Assembly: GCA_045648665.1 (NCBI GenBank)
Contig: JAZROL010000019.1
Location: forward strand, 1-59,208
Direction: 5' to 3'
DNA length: 59,208 nucleotides
Origin: Candidatus Enterousia sp.
GTDB taxonomy: Bacteria > Pseudomonadota > Alphaproteobacteria > Rs-D84
The translations under genes and the position numbers were made by a program. The notes under the pieces are model-generated. The model ran no database searches. It saw nothing but the letters and a program-made list of their open reading frames with translations, and was not told where the DNA came from. Of this stretch, positions 49,147 through 59,208 are shown one piece after another. Numbering within the stretch: the first letter of the stretch is position 1; the number at the start of each line of letters is the position of its first letter.

Positions 49147-50927
49147 ACCTTTATAATTCGTCTTTTCTTTGTCTTGACATAGGAACATATGGTGTTCGTG
49201 GTTTGGCGCACGATATAAGAAATGCTAAAATTGTAAATTCCGCGACACATTTTGTAAAAAATACAAATACTTTATTCGCATTAAAAAGCGTTATAGATGA
49301 ACTGGAACATCAATTAAACAAACGTTTTGAATCCGCTTTTATAACAGGGAATTTTGGTGATGCAAATTTTCAAACGGTTGCCGACACTATAAATTGGAAC
49401 GATGAACATAAAATATCACAACTGGATTTGCGCCACCAGATTGCAAAAATAACATCACCTTCTGGTTTTTATGCTATGCACATAGTACCAGTATTTTATG
49501 GGACAGAAAATGTAGGCAATATAAAAAATTCACCAATTGGTCAAATTGCAACGCAATTAAAATCTATATTCAGTGTTATTTCTTATAACGAAGAAAAAAC
49601 AAAATATATATCCGATATAATGCGTCGCGCACACATAAAATCATCTGGATTTTTTGATCCTGTTTTTCTACAAAATTCTATATACAGAAAAGAAAACGAA
49701 AAAGTTTTATTTATTGACCTTGGCAATGAATTTACAACTGTATCAATATGGACACCACGCGGCCCATTATATTTTAATAAAATACCAATGGGACAACGTG
49801 ATATAACAGATGCTATTTCTTTGGGATTACAAATAAACCCAAATGATGCAGATACGTTGAAAATAGCTATATCCAGCGCATTACCAAATGAAATGGATCG
49901 TTTCACACCCGCATCATCTGCCGAAAAATTTTCAAGATTTTCACGTGCAGACATAAATGAAATATTTATTCCAAAATTGAAACAATTAATATCAATTGTT
50001 TATGAACAATCGAAAAAATATATAAATCAATATAAACCAGAAAAAATTATATTAACAGGTGGTGGAACAGCGATTAATGATATAAATATATTTCTTGAAC
50101 GCACTTTTAATTTACCAGTTGATAATCAGTGTGAAAATGCGACAATTAATGCCTTGTCCGCATATATATGGAATACGCATTTGCCGGAACGTAATGCTTA
50201 TATTCAACGCCAATTAAAAATGCAAAATACTTTAAAGAAAATTACATCTGTATTTCACAGAAAAAAAACACCAAAGAAACGTAAATTTATTCCTATATTG
50301 CCAAGCACTTTATGTTTTAACATGAAAGAACATTCAACATATACAATGTTTGCATCTGCCGGCATATCAATGATACACGTAGATATAATGGATGGTTTTT
50401 ATGTAGACAAAGTCGCAGGCAACATAAATGAACTTGCTATGATAAGAACAAACACAAATGCACATTTACATGTTCATTTAATGACGGAAAGTCCATCCAT
50501 ATGGGCGGCAGACGCTATAAATGCTGGCGCGGACACAATTATAATTTCTACGAACACTTCCGGCGTGCGTGATGCAATAACAATTATAAAAAAAGCAGGA
50601 AAAAGATGTGGTATTGCTATTAATCCTGAAACACCTGTGAATATATTAATTCCTGTATTAAAAGATATAGATGAAGTTATGATTATGGCGGTAAAACCTG
50701 GTGCAGCGGGGCAAGAATTTGATATAGATGTTTTACAAAAAATCAAGACTTTAAATTACACGCGTAAAAAACACGGATTAAAATATTTAATAAGTGTGGA
50801 CGGAGGCATTAACCCAGAAACCGCAAAATTGTGTTGGGACGCTGGGGCAAATTTATTAGTCAGTGGTTCTTATTTGGCAAAAGCACCTGATTTTTCACTG
50901 GCTGTTCAAAGTTTATTGAACCACTAA
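49143..50927 (+). CDS. FtsA-like ATPase fused to ribulose-phosphate 3-epimerase
   Basis: N-terminus CLDIGT, FIDLG..FT, IILTGGG (FtsA/actin-like, directly after ftsQ). C-terminus HVDIMDG, VHLM, MAVKPGAAGQ.F, VDGGIN, LVSGS (Rpe). Confidence 0.88.
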   Translation: MNLYNSSFLCLDIGTYGVRGLAHDIRNAKIVNSATHFVKNTNTLFALKSVIDELEHQLNKRFESAFITGNFGDANFQTVADTINWNDEHKISQLDLRHQIAKITSPSGFYAMHIVPVFYGTENVGNIKNSPIGQIATQLKSIFSVISYNEEKTKYISDIMRRAHIKSSGFFDPVFLQNSIYRKENEKVLFIDLGNEFTTVSIWTPRGPLYFNKIPMGQRDITDAISLGLQINPNDADTLKIAISSALPNEMDRFTPASSAEKFSRFSRADINEIFIPKLKQLISIVYEQSKKYINQYKPEKIILTGGGTAINDINIFLERTFNLPVDNQCENATINALSAYIWNTHLPERNAYIQRQLKMQNTLKKITSVFHRKKTPKKRKFIPILPSTLCFNMKEHSTYTMFASAGISMIHVDIMDGFYVDKVAGNINELAMIRTNTNAHLHVHLMTESPSIWAADAINAGADTIIISTNTSGVRDAITIIKKAGKRCGIAINPETPVNILIPVLKDIDEVMIMAVKPGAAGQEFDIDVLQKIKTLNYTRKKHGLKYLISVDGGINPETAKLCWDAGANLLVSGSYLAKAPDFSLAVQSLLNH

Positions 50928-51308
50928 TTTACGTCCACTTCCATTTTGCGTGATATAAATATGAATTGTATTTTCAGGCAAGATATCTTTTGCTATATCC
51001 GGCCATTCAATCAAAGTAATATCATTTTGTATCGCATACGGCAAACCAATTTCTTCCAATTCGCTTACATCACCTATTCTGTATAAATCAAAGTGTGATA
51101 TACCATCATAATTTTGAACAAGTGTAAAAGTCGGACTTGGCACAACAGTATCTTCGCCACGTAAAGTTTTAATTATAGTACGCGCAATTTCACTTTTACC
51201 CATACCCAAATCACCATGCAAAGCGACGGTTTGTGGCGCATGCAAAGTCTTTGCAAATTCACTCGCAAACTTATGTGTTTCTTTGATATTGTTTAATGTA
51301 TATTCCAT
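50913..51308 (-). CDS. tsaE: tRNA threonylcarbamoyladenosine biosynthesis ATPase TsaE
   Basis: LHGDLGMGKS, VPSPTFTLVQ.Y, HFDLYR, IEWP. Confidence 0.95.
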   Translation of the reverse strand: MEYTLNNIKETHKFASEFAKTLHAPQTVALHGDLGMGKSEIARTIIKTLRGEDTVVPSPTFTLVQNYDGISHFDLYRIGDVSELEEIGLPYAIQNDITLIEWPDIAKDILPENTIHIYITQNGSGRKLVVQ

Positions 51309-51314
51309 AGTACT

Positions 51315-53309
51315 TTACTCCAATAATAATAAATCGTCTTCCAGCGCATGAATTAAATCGCGCATTTGGGCGGCTTGTTCAAATTCTAAATTTTCAGCAT
51401 GCTTATGCATTTGTTGCGTCAGTTTTTTTATTTCTTTACGCAAAGTTTCCGCATCCATCACACCGTTCTTGTTATACACAAATTTTTTTGTTTTGTCAGT
51501 TTTTTCTTCTTTTATTTTCACTTCTTCAAAAACAGATTTAGAAACTGTTTTTGGTGTGATACCATGCTCTTTATTATATTTTTCTTGTTTTTCACGGCGA
51601 CGCGCTGTTTCTTCCAATGCCGCCCGCATAGATTCTGTTATGGTATCACCATACAAAATCACACGACCGTTTGCATTACGTGCCGCACGACCTATTGTTT
51701 GAATCAATGAACGTGTGGAACGCAAAAATCCCTCTTTATCCGCATCCATAATTGCAACCAATTCACATTCTGGAACATCTAAACCTTCACGTAAAAGATT
51801 TATACCAACCAAAACATCATATTTACCAAGACGCAAATCACGCAACAAATCGATTCTTTCCAAAGTTTCAATATCGGAATGCAAATACCGCGCGCGCACA
51901 CCATTTTCAACAAAATAATCCGTTAATTGTTCCGCCATTTTTTTAGTCAAAGTGGTCACAATGACCCTGCCCTTTGTTTTTTTCACTTCGTATAACAAAT
52001 CATCAACTTGATGTTCAGTTGGTCGCACTTCACATATTGGGTCTAATAATCCAGTTGGACGAATCAATTGTTCACTAACAATACCACCCGCCTGTTCTAA
52101 TTCCCATTGTGCCGGGGTTGCAGAAACAAAAATAGTTTGTGGACGCATCGCATCCCATTCATCAAAAGTCAACGGACGATTATCAACACATGACGGCAAT
52201 CTGAATCCATATTGTGCCAAAGTTTCTTTGCGCGCCCTGTCCCCACGTGCCATAGCGCCAATTTGTGGAACCGTCACATGACTTTCATCTATAAATAGAA
52301 TTGCATCTTTTGGTAAATATTCAAACAAAGTTGGTGGTGGTTGTCCAGGCAGACGCCCAGTCATATATCTTGAATAATTTTCAATCCCGCGACACGTTCC
52401 TGTGGATTCCATCATTTCGATATCAAAATTCACACGTTCACGCAATCTTTGTTCTTCGACATATTTCATATTGTCATGAAAATATTTCAATCTTTCATCT
52501 AAATCCACACGTATTTGATTTATCGCCTGTAATACAGATGGCATAGGCGTTGCATAATGGGTATTAGGATATATAACGATTCTGTCCAATTTGAATAATT
52601 TTCCACCGGTCAAAGTATCTATTTCCCAAATTTCATCTATTTCATCACCAAAAAAAGATACTTTCCATGCCCGGTCTTGTGAATGCGACGGGAATATATC
52701 TAACGTATCACCACGCGCACGAAAATCACCGCGCGCAAATCCCATTTCGTTTCTTTTATACTGTATATCAACCAAGGCACGCATAACATCTTTTTCGGAT
52801 ATTTTATCGCCAACCTTCAAAACTAATTTCATTTGCGAATATTGTTCCGGCGCACCAATGCCATAAATAGACGATACAGATGATACAACAACAACATCGC
52901 GTTCTTCTAACATAGCACGCGTAGCACTGTGTCGCATACGGTCAAGTTGTTCATTTATAGATGCATCTTTATCTATGTAAGTATCCGTCGTGGGAACATA
53001 CGCTTCTGGTTGATAATAATCATAAAACGAGACAAAATATTCCACATGATTACGCGGAAAGAAAGATTTCATTTCCGCATATAACTGTGCCGCTAAAATT
53101 TTATTAGGCGCCATTATTATCGCAGGCCGCCCTAAATTTTGTATGATATTTGCCATAGTAAATGTTTTTCCAGACCCGGTCACCCCTAACAAGACCTGGG
53201 AACGACGATTATCGCGCACGCCGGCGGTCAATTCAGCAATAGCCGTCGGTTGGTCACCCATCGGCTCATAATCAGATTCCAGCGAAAAAACATTTTTATC
53301 TGCTTTCAT
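51315..53309 (-). CDS. uvrB: Excinuclease ABC subunit UvrB
   Basis: [47 protein letters not shown]-terminal UVR domain. Start moved to ATG 53309. Confidence 0.97.
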   Translation of the reverse strand: MKADKNVFSLESDYEPMGDQPTAIAELTAGVRDNRRSQVLLGVTGSGKTFTMANIIQNLGRPAIIMAPNKILAAQLYAEMKSFFPRNHVEYFVSFYDYYQPEAYVPTTDTYIDKDASINEQLDRMRHSATRAMLEERDVVVVSSVSSIYGIGAPEQYSQMKLVLKVGDKISEKDVMRALVDIQYKRNEMGFARGDFRARGDTLDIFPSHSQDRAWKVSFFGDEIDEIWEIDTLTGGKLFKLDRIVIYPNTHYATPMPSVLQAINQIRVDLDERLKYFHDNMKYVEEQRLRERVNFDIEMMESTGTCRGIENYSRYMTGRLPGQPPPTLFEYLPKDAILFIDESHVTVPQIGAMARGDRARKETLAQYGFRLPSCVDNRPLTFDEWDAMRPQTIFVSATPAQWELEQAGGIVSEQLIRPTGLLDPICEVRPTEHQVDDLLYEVKKTKGRVIVTTLTKKMAEQLTDYFVENGVRARYLHSDIETLERIDLLRDLRLGKYDVLVGINLLREGLDVPECELVAIMDADKEGFLRSTRSLIQTIGRAARNANGRVILYGDTITESMRAALEETARRREKQEKYNKEHGITPKTVSKSVFEEVKIKEEKTDKTKKFVYNKNGVMDAETLRKEIKKLTQQMHKHAENLEFEQAAQMRDLIHALEDDLLLLE

Positions 53310-53382
53310 GGTATTTTTTTGTTCACATACCATAATATAATTCATTATAATGAAAAAACAAGGGATATAGAGGGACAAACTT

Positions 53383-55860
53383 ATGAAAACAAAATCACAA
53401 CACAAACGCAGAACCATCTGGTGGATAATACCCATAATCGGGGTATTTTTGTTATCTGTTATTATTGTTCCACCTATGATTAACCTTAATTCATTAAAAC
53501 CAAACCTAGAAAACGTGATTTACAATCAAACCGGAATCACAGCAAAAATTCATGGCAATGTAAATTTCAGTTTATTGGGTCAAGCAACTATAATCGCACA
53601 CAATATATCCGTTCCAAATGGCGTAATTCAATCTTTTGAATTTGCGATACCATGGCACAATATATTCAATATGAAAAAAGCATCTATCTCAGGCGACATA
53701 GTTATAAATGGTGCATCTTTATTCATAGAAAAAATAGTTCCTTTTGATATAAACGAAACAATAGTATTAAATAATTCTAAATTTGAATTTTTGAATAAAA
53801 CGTATGATGTTGTATCTGCTACATTGTCAAAAAATTATGTTAATGCACTTGTTCGTACAGACCAACACAAATACGAAATAAAATCTGTAAACAATAATTT
53901 TGTGATTCAAAATAAAAACAATGATTTAAATATTTCTGGCGAATTATTGCCAAATGGTACAGCAATTGCGACAATAGATATAACTGCACAAAATATAAAC
54001 AGATGGTTTGAATTTGAAAAACCAAAAATAACTGGTCGCTTTCCAATTTCCGCAAACGTGTTTTGGGATGGCGGTTACGGGTTTAAATTTTCACATATAT
54101 CTGCAAATGGTGTAACAGGCGAAGCAATTTTACAACCAGATGGATATAAAATAATATCGCTGAAAACAAATACAGCAGATTATGACATGTCTTTTATTTT
54201 AAAAGATATAGATTTATTGAAAAATTCTACACTTAATTTAAACTTACATGGCAAGATAAAATTTCTTGATAAAACTTTTTCACGTTTAACAGTGAACATT
54301 GTTGGTTCAAACGATAAAATACAAATTATAAAAATAAATGCAGATGATTTGAATATATCTGGTGGATACATCGATAAAAATGGCGCACATAATGTTTATG
54401 TATCTTTGCCAGAAAACAATATTCCAACAACATGTATATTTAATGGAACGCCAACAAATTGGTCTTGCACAGAATTTTCATATAACAATGATATATTTGG
54501 AAACATAACGGTAAAAGATGATAATTTTGATATTAATGTTAATTCGAAACGCCCTTTGTCTAATATCCAAGATATTATAAATTCCGTTAAATTTATTGGC
54601 ACACATGGCACTATAAAATTTGATTTTCCAAATATGTCTGGAATTATTCATATGGACGGAAAAAGAATTGATGTTAAATACAATTTTGTAAAAAATCACA
54701 CCTTAAAATGGGCTGATATAAACCTGCCTTTTATCCCAGAAAAAATGTTAAATGAAACAGGCAATTTTGTTTGGGATAAAAACAGTATGATTTTTATTCC
54801 AGATTCTAAAAAATGGAATTTAACAACAACAAAAGATTATTTTTATATATCTGGTGATAATTTTAAAAAATGGTTTTCAAATTTAGATTTACAATCAATC
54901 AAAGATTTACCATACACAATATCAGGAAATTATAAACGCGGAAACATATCCAATTTGGACATGAATATCGCCGGGCATAAATTCATAGGTTCTGTATCAA
55001 ACAAAACAATTACATTAAAAACAGATATATTAAATCTTGATTCTTTTATATCTACAGATTTTACAGATAATTTTGAAGAATTATCTTTCTTTACCCCATT
55101 ACCAATAACAATACCTTTTGATATTGATGCCAATGTATCTTTATCTGCAAAAGCATTAATTTATAAAGGGCAAAAATATGATAATTTTGTTTATTCTTTG
55201 AAACAAAACAAACAAACTTTTTCAATAAGCGATTCAAATCGTGGGAATATGCTTGCCACAATATCAAAAAATAAAAACAATTACGATATACAAATACAAC
55301 TTAATAAATTCCTGTGGGATACAACATTGTTAAAACCAGATATGCCATTAAACGTGTCTAATACTATGATAACCGCCGAAATAAATTTAAAAACATCTGG
55401 AAAAATAGCAAACGATGTAATTAATAATATACATGGTAAATTTGATGCATCTTTGACCGGCGGATATATATATGGTCTTGGATTATCGAAATTTTATTCA
55501 TCTGCACAAAACATAAATATCTTAAACGCGGAATACGCATTATCAAGCGCAATAGAAGATGGAATCACCCAAATCAAGAAAATGCATATTATTGGTGAAT
55601 ATAATCAAGGCAACATAAACACTACATCGCCATTTACATTAACTATGAAACATTCAGAAGCAACCGGAACAATAGACATAAAAAACAATCAAATGTTTGC
55701 CACACTTAATTTACTATTACGTGGAACATCACCGTCACCAACACCAATAGAAATAACAGTATTACCAAATGGACACAGGGAATATTCTTTATCTGAAATA
55801 ATGATGAATTTTGACACAGAATACATGCGCAGTTTTATAAAACTTCACGATAAATTTTAA
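53383..55860 (+). CDS. AsmA-like protein
   Basis: N-terminal TM helix then [10 protein letters not shown]...TG....[10 protein letters not shown]. Long beta-rich body, C-terminal G..I.G..L and G.I motifs typical of AsmA. Confidence 0.65.
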   Translation: MKTKSQHKRRTIWWIIPIIGVFLLSVIIVPPMINLNSLKPNLENVIYNQTGITAKIHGNVNFSLLGQATIIAHNISVPNGVIQSFEFAIPWHNIFNMKKASISGDIVINGASLFIEKIVPFDINETIVLNNSKFEFLNKTYDVVSATLSKNYVNALVRTDQHKYEIKSVNNNFVIQNKNNDLNISGELLPNGTAIATIDITAQNINRWFEFEKPKITGRFPISANVFWDGGYGFKFSHISANGVTGEAILQPDGYKIISLKTNTADYDMSFILKDIDLLKNSTLNLNLHGKIKFLDKTFSRLTVNIVGSNDKIQIIKINADDLNISGGYIDKNGAHNVYVSLPENNIPTTCIFNGTPTNWSCTEFSYNNDIFGNITVKDDNFDINVNSKRPLSNIQDIINSVKFIGTHGTIKFDFPNMSGIIHMDGKRIDVKYNFVKNHTLKWADINLPFIPEKMLNETGNFVWDKNSMIFIPDSKKWNLTTTKDYFYISGDNFKKWFSNLDLQSIKDLPYTISGNYKRGNISNLDMNIAGHKFIGSVSNKTITLKTDILNLDSFISTDFTDNFEELSFFTPLPITIPFDIDANVSLSAKALIYKGQKYDNFVYSLKQNKQTFSISDSNRGNMLATISKNKNNYDIQIQLNKFLWDTTLLKPDMPLNVSNTMITAEINLKTSGKIANDVINNIHGKFDASLTGGYIYGLGLSKFYSSAQNINILNAEYALSSAIEDGITQIKKMHIIGEYNQGNINTTSPFTLTMKHSEATGTIDIKNNQMFATLNLLLRGTSPSPTPIEITVLPNGHREYSLSEIMMNFDTEYMRSFIKLHDKF

Positions 55861-55861
55861 C

Positions 55862-55897
55862 AAATAAAAACCTCACATAAAAGTGAGGTTTTTATTT
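55862..55897. terminator. Bidirectional intrinsic terminator
   Basis: AAATAAAAACCTCAC-ATAAAA-GTGAGGTTTTTATTT. Confidence 0.85.
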
Positions 55898-55909
55898 TTG
55901 TTTTTGTTA

Positions 55910-57673
55910 TTAACCACGTTTACGAACTTGAATATGAACATCTCGTAATTGTTGTTCGCTTACTTCATTAGGAGAGCCCATTAACAAATCTTGTCCACGC
56001 TGATTAGCAGGGAACGCGACAACATCACGTACAGCCTCTTCACCAACAATCTCACAAACCAAACGGTCTATACCAAATGCACATCCACCGTGTGGCGGGG
56101 CACCGTATTGGAACGAAGTATAAAGTCCAGCAAAATTCTTTTTCACATTTTCAACATCATAACCCGCTATGTTAAAACATTTCAACATGACTTCCGGATT
56201 ATAATTACGTAAACCACCGCTGCAAATTTCGATACCGTTCATAACCATATCAAATTGCGCAGCCTTAATTTCCAAAGGATTCTTTGTATCCAATTCTTCC
56301 AATGTTGCAATAGGATAAGAAAAAGGATTATGTGTCATTTGAATTGCACCCGTTTCTTCATTTTTTTCAAAGAACGGGAAATTATCAACCCAACAGAATC
56401 TGTATTCTTTTGGATTTATCAATCCTAAATCTTCACCCAATTTATTACGTAATTTACCTGCTGCCTTGGCGGCTTTTTCTTCTTCATCACAAATAAAGAA
56501 TAACGAAGAATTATCCCCGGCAATTTCATGCAATTTTGCAATACGTTCACTATCTAATTTTTTTGCAACGGGCCCTTTGGCTTCATCGGCAAAAATGATA
56601 TAACCCAAACCACCTAACCCCAGTTCTTTTACCGCATATTCACCAAGTTTATCGAACCAAGAACGTGGTTTGTCACTTGAATTTGGTGCCGGCACAGCAC
56701 GTACAACCGCGCCATTTTCAATCGCATTTGCAAAAATACCAAAATCAGACCCGCGGAAAACATCCGTCACATCTGATATCAAAATAGGATTACGCATATC
56801 AGGTTTATCGCAACCATATTTCAACATAGCATCATCAAAAGAAATATGTGGTATTTCATCACTGACAATTGCATCTGGGACAAAAGTTTTAATAAGTTTT
56901 GGTAATAATTCTTCACCGACAGCCTGAACATCTGGCAAATCAACAAAAGACATTTCCAAATCTAATTGATAAAATTCCAACAATCTGTCCGCACGCAAAT
57001 CTTCATCTCGAAAACAAGGCGCAATTTGGAAATATCTATCAAATCCAGAAACTTGTAATAATTGTTTAAACATCTGTGGCGCCTGAGGCAGGGCATAAAA
57101 TTTACCATGATGCAAACGTGAAGGAACCAAGAAACAACGTGCACCTTCTGGTGAATCCGCAGTTAAAAGCGGTGTTTGAAATTCTGAAAAACCCATATCC
57201 CACATTTGGTCACGCAACCATTTAATAACACGATTACGCATTAAAATATTTTTATGCAATTTTTCACGACGCAAATCCAAAAAGCGATATTGATAACGCA
57301 AATCTTCTGGCACATCATCATCACCAAACACCTGGAAAGGCAAAACATCAGCATTTGTTAACACTTCCCAATTTTGCGCTTTGATTTCAATATGACCGGT
57401 TGGGATTTTATCGTTAATAGCGTCATCGGCACGTGCAACGACAGTACCAGTAATTTTAACAACAGATTCAGGATGAATTTTTTCCAAATTTTCATCACCA
57501 CCATCAAACACACACTGTGTAATTCCATAATTATCACGCAAATCAACAAACAACAGCGAACCATGGTCGCGCTTACGATGAACCCAGCCAGACAAAGTCA
57601 CCGTTTCACCAACATTTTGCGCATTTAATTCACCACAAGTATGCGTTCTGTACTTAGATTTCAAAGAAAGCAT
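55910..57673 (-). CDS. aspS: Aspartate--tRNA ligase (probably non-discriminating Asp/Asn)
   Basis: YRTHTCGEL, RKRDHG, ALPQAPQ.FKQLL, CFRDEDLRADR, GAPPHGG.A.G.DRL. Confidence 0.97.
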   Translation of the reverse strand: MLSLKSKYRTHTCGELNAQNVGETVTLSGWVHRKRDHGSLLFVDLRDNYGITQCVFDGGDENLEKIHPESVVKITGTVVARADDAINDKIPTGHIEIKAQNWEVLTNADVLPFQVFGDDDVPEDLRYQYRFLDLRREKLHKNILMRNRVIKWLRDQMWDMGFSEFQTPLLTADSPEGARCFLVPSRLHHGKFYALPQAPQMFKQLLQVSGFDRYFQIAPCFRDEDLRADRLLEFYQLDLEMSFVDLPDVQAVGEELLPKLIKTFVPDAIVSDEIPHISFDDAMLKYGCDKPDMRNPILISDVTDVFRGSDFGIFANAIENGAVVRAVPAPNSSDKPRSWFDKLGEYAVKELGLGGLGYIIFADEAKGPVAKKLDSERIAKLHEIAGDNSSLFFICDEEEKAAKAAGKLRNKLGEDLGLINPKEYRFCWVDNFPFFEKNEETGAIQMTHNPFSYPIATLEELDTKNPLEIKAAQFDMVMNGIEICSGGLRNYNPEVMLKCFNIAGYDVENVKKNFAGLYTSFQYGAPPHGGCAFGIDRLVCEIVGEEAVRDVVAFPANQRGQDLLMGSPNEVSEQQLRDVHIQVRKRG

Positions 57674-57868
57674 TTCTACACCCTTTTATATTTTTGTTTC
57701 GGCGCTAAAAAACTAGATTCCAGTACCAATTCAAATCTTAAATTACAGGGGCGCTAAGATTTTTTCGCGCGGTGCCACCCTGCTTTTATAACTTTTAATG
57801 AAAACGAACACTACGTGGTTGTCAGTCACATCAAACGCGTTCTATTTTCACAAAACTACATCTTTTGC
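57674..57868 (-). promoter_or_regulatory. T-box riboswitch leader of aspS
   Basis: On the minus strand AGCAGGGUGGCACCGCG (57768-57784) pairs with CGCCCCU (57747-57753). Bulge UGGC matches tRNA 3' GCCA. Short Stem I (57799-57850) has GAC in its apical loop. Confidence 0.85.
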
Positions 57869-57874
57869 CAACGG

Positions 57875-57903
57875 ATTATATAAACGTTTTATTTAATTTG
57901 CAA
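57875..57903 (-). promoter_or_regulatory. Sigma70-type promoter of the T-box/aspS transcript
   Basis: TTGCAA-17 bp-TATAAT on the minus strand. Confidence 0.75.
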
Positions 57904-57928
57904 GAATTTTAGAAAAGATTTTATATAT

Positions 57929-58168
57929 TTAACTGTCCAATAATTCGCTTTTCAAAGATTCATATTCACGTTGTGAAATTGCTTTTTGTTTATATAAATC
58001 GTGCAGTTGTTTTAATTGTTCTAACAAAGCGCTTTTATCAGGCGCAGATTCACATGCTTTATTTTTATTTGCCAACGCAACCGCCAAAACTATTACCGCC
58101 ACGACCAAGCCAATTAAAAATAAAAACATAAAACCACCGACAATAGTATCTATGATTTCCTCTTCCAT
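57929..58168 (-). CDS. Small membrane protein with C-terminal SHOCT domain
   Basis: TM helix then LEQLKQLHDLYKQKAISQREYESLKSELL. Start ATG 58168 after AAGGG. Confidence 0.82.
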   Translation of the reverse strand: MEEEIIDTIVGGFMFLFLIGLVVAVIVLAVALANKNKACESAPDKSALLEQLKQLHDLYKQKAISQREYESLKSELLDS

Positions 58169-58264
58169 TTTAAACCCTTTTGTTTTGATTATTTGTATAT
58201 CCAAAATTATAAAAACCTTTCACCCGTGTATCAAGAATTTTATTATGGAATTTTAACGTAAAAC

Positions 58265-58490
58265 TGATAAAATGATTTATGAAATCCAAAGGGATTTGGA
58301 CTTCGGGGCTTTGCTAGCCCAGTTTATCCGATGCGAAAGCATTGTTATCTGATGTTATCAGTGTCTTTCTGCACCGCTATCATCCCTGACCTATCAGGTT
58401 GGGGGGCCGTTTGCCGTAAGGGACGGAATCATTGATAAACTGATTAGCAACTCCCCGACCGCCAATTTCTTGACGGTTTTTGTTTTATCT
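58265..58490 (+). ncRNA. Structured leader RNA, C4/CI-antisense-like attenuator (copy 2)
   Basis: TGATAAAAT (58265-58273), 5' hairpin (58281-58304), target boxes TTGCTA (58311-58316) and CAGTTTATC (58320-58328) complementary to a three-way junction (58397-58460), terminator-like stem plus U tract (58458-58487). Confidence 0.72.
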
Positions 58491-58530
58491 TGGAACAAAG
58501 AAAAACAAATTTTGATAACAAGGGGCAAAG

Positions 58531-59157
58531 ATGCTGAAAAAAATATTTTTTATTTTTGTATGTTTATTTACAAACACAGTTTTTGCATCGTGTCCAACTG
58601 GTTATACCACACCAACACATAACATAGATTTGGATTATAATATATCAACCACATTGCCTGAATTAATCGAACCAACACAACAAACACCAAATAATGATAT
58701 ATTTGTCTTGTCAGAAATGGACGGAACGTGTACAAGTGGCTATGAACCATATGTTATAAACGACAATATATCACTCTTTGCAATCGAAACCCCAACATTA
58801 TGTCCCGAAGGGCAATACCTTAACACAAATGGCACATGTACAAACTACGCAACGTGTTCCGGCAACTATAAAAAATACAATTATGCGAATAATACCGTCA
58901 TAGAACAAAACGAAAACGATGAATGTGACAGTGGTTATGAACTATACACAGATTTAACACGTTGTGATGCTTCAACAGATTATCAATGCGTTGATTTACC
59001 GACCATAATAAACCTGAATTGGTATGACCGGGATACGATAATAGCAACGAACACATGCAGATACGGACAACCAATAACATTACCACCGGAACCAACACGT
59101 CCTGGGTATATATTTTCCGGTTGGCGATTACGTACAGAACAAAACAGCGGAGAATAA
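58531..59157 (+). CDS. Secreted Cys-rich protein with C-terminal InlB B-repeat-like domain
   Basis: Signal peptide, repeated C.(T/S)GY motifs, INLNWYDRDT...CRYGQPITLPPEPTRPGYIFSGW. Confidence 0.78.
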   Translation: MLKKIFFIFVCLFTNTVFASCPTGYTTPTHNIDLDYNISTTLPELIEPTQQTPNNDIFVLSEMDGTCTSGYEPYVINDNISLFAIETPTLCPEGQYLNTNGTCTNYATCSGNYKKYNYANNTVIEQNENDECDSGYELYTDLTRCDASTDYQCVDLPTIINLNWYDRDTIIATNTCRYGQPITLPPEPTRPGYIFSGWRLRTEQNSGE

Positions 59158-59179
59158 ACAACCAAAAGGAAAGAACCAT

Positions 59180-59208
59180 ATGAAAAAAATATTAATGATT
59201 TTATGTTG
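59180..59208 (+). CDS. Start of a secreted protein (truncated by window end)
   Basis: AAGGA RBS then MKKILMILC, a signal-peptide-like start. Confidence 0.55.

Noticed and set aside
53310-53435. N-terminal extension of UvrB
   Set aside because: It overlaps the divergent AsmA-like gene and promoter region. UvrB similarity starts near ATG 53309.
58281-58490. Known metabolite riboswitch (c-di-GMP, TPP, SAM, cobalamin) or a tRNA
   Set aside because: I could not find the conserved aptamer nucleotides or a T-loop/anticodon arm. Conservation between the two copies lies in box complementarity rather than ligand-binding sequence. An Rfam scan is still needed.

Overview
AT-rich, gene-dense bacterial chromosome segment from a diderm organism. 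The housekeeping content (SecB, MltA, LptG, LolCD, AddB, DciA, FtsQ, XerD with J-domain neighbour, RecA signature) points to an alphaproteobacterium, plausibly a reduced-genome, host-associated lineage (inference). Contents: repair/recombination genes (mutL, xerD, recA, ruvC, ruvA, xth, addB, uvrB), translation genes (serS, typA, mnmE, rsmI, tsaE, aspS, tRNA-Gly, tRNA-Tyr), a nine-gene surface-glycan cluster including a GT6, three tandem 526-aa acyl-CoA ligases, an FtsA-Rpe fusion, and three dispersed loci of secreted Cys-rich/InlB B-repeat-like proteins. The most interesting signals are non-coding. (1) Two ~200-nt leaders upstream of the surface-protein loci share one architecture despite divergent sequence: a C4/CI-antisense-like three-way junction with co-varying target boxes, overlapping a terminator. 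(2) A T-box riboswitch with an ultrashort Stem I and adjacent GAC/AAC codons precedes aspS. (3) Repeated tRNA-Tyr 3'-end copies bracket small cargo genes. All calls come from reading the sequence by eye; no database search or folding program was run.
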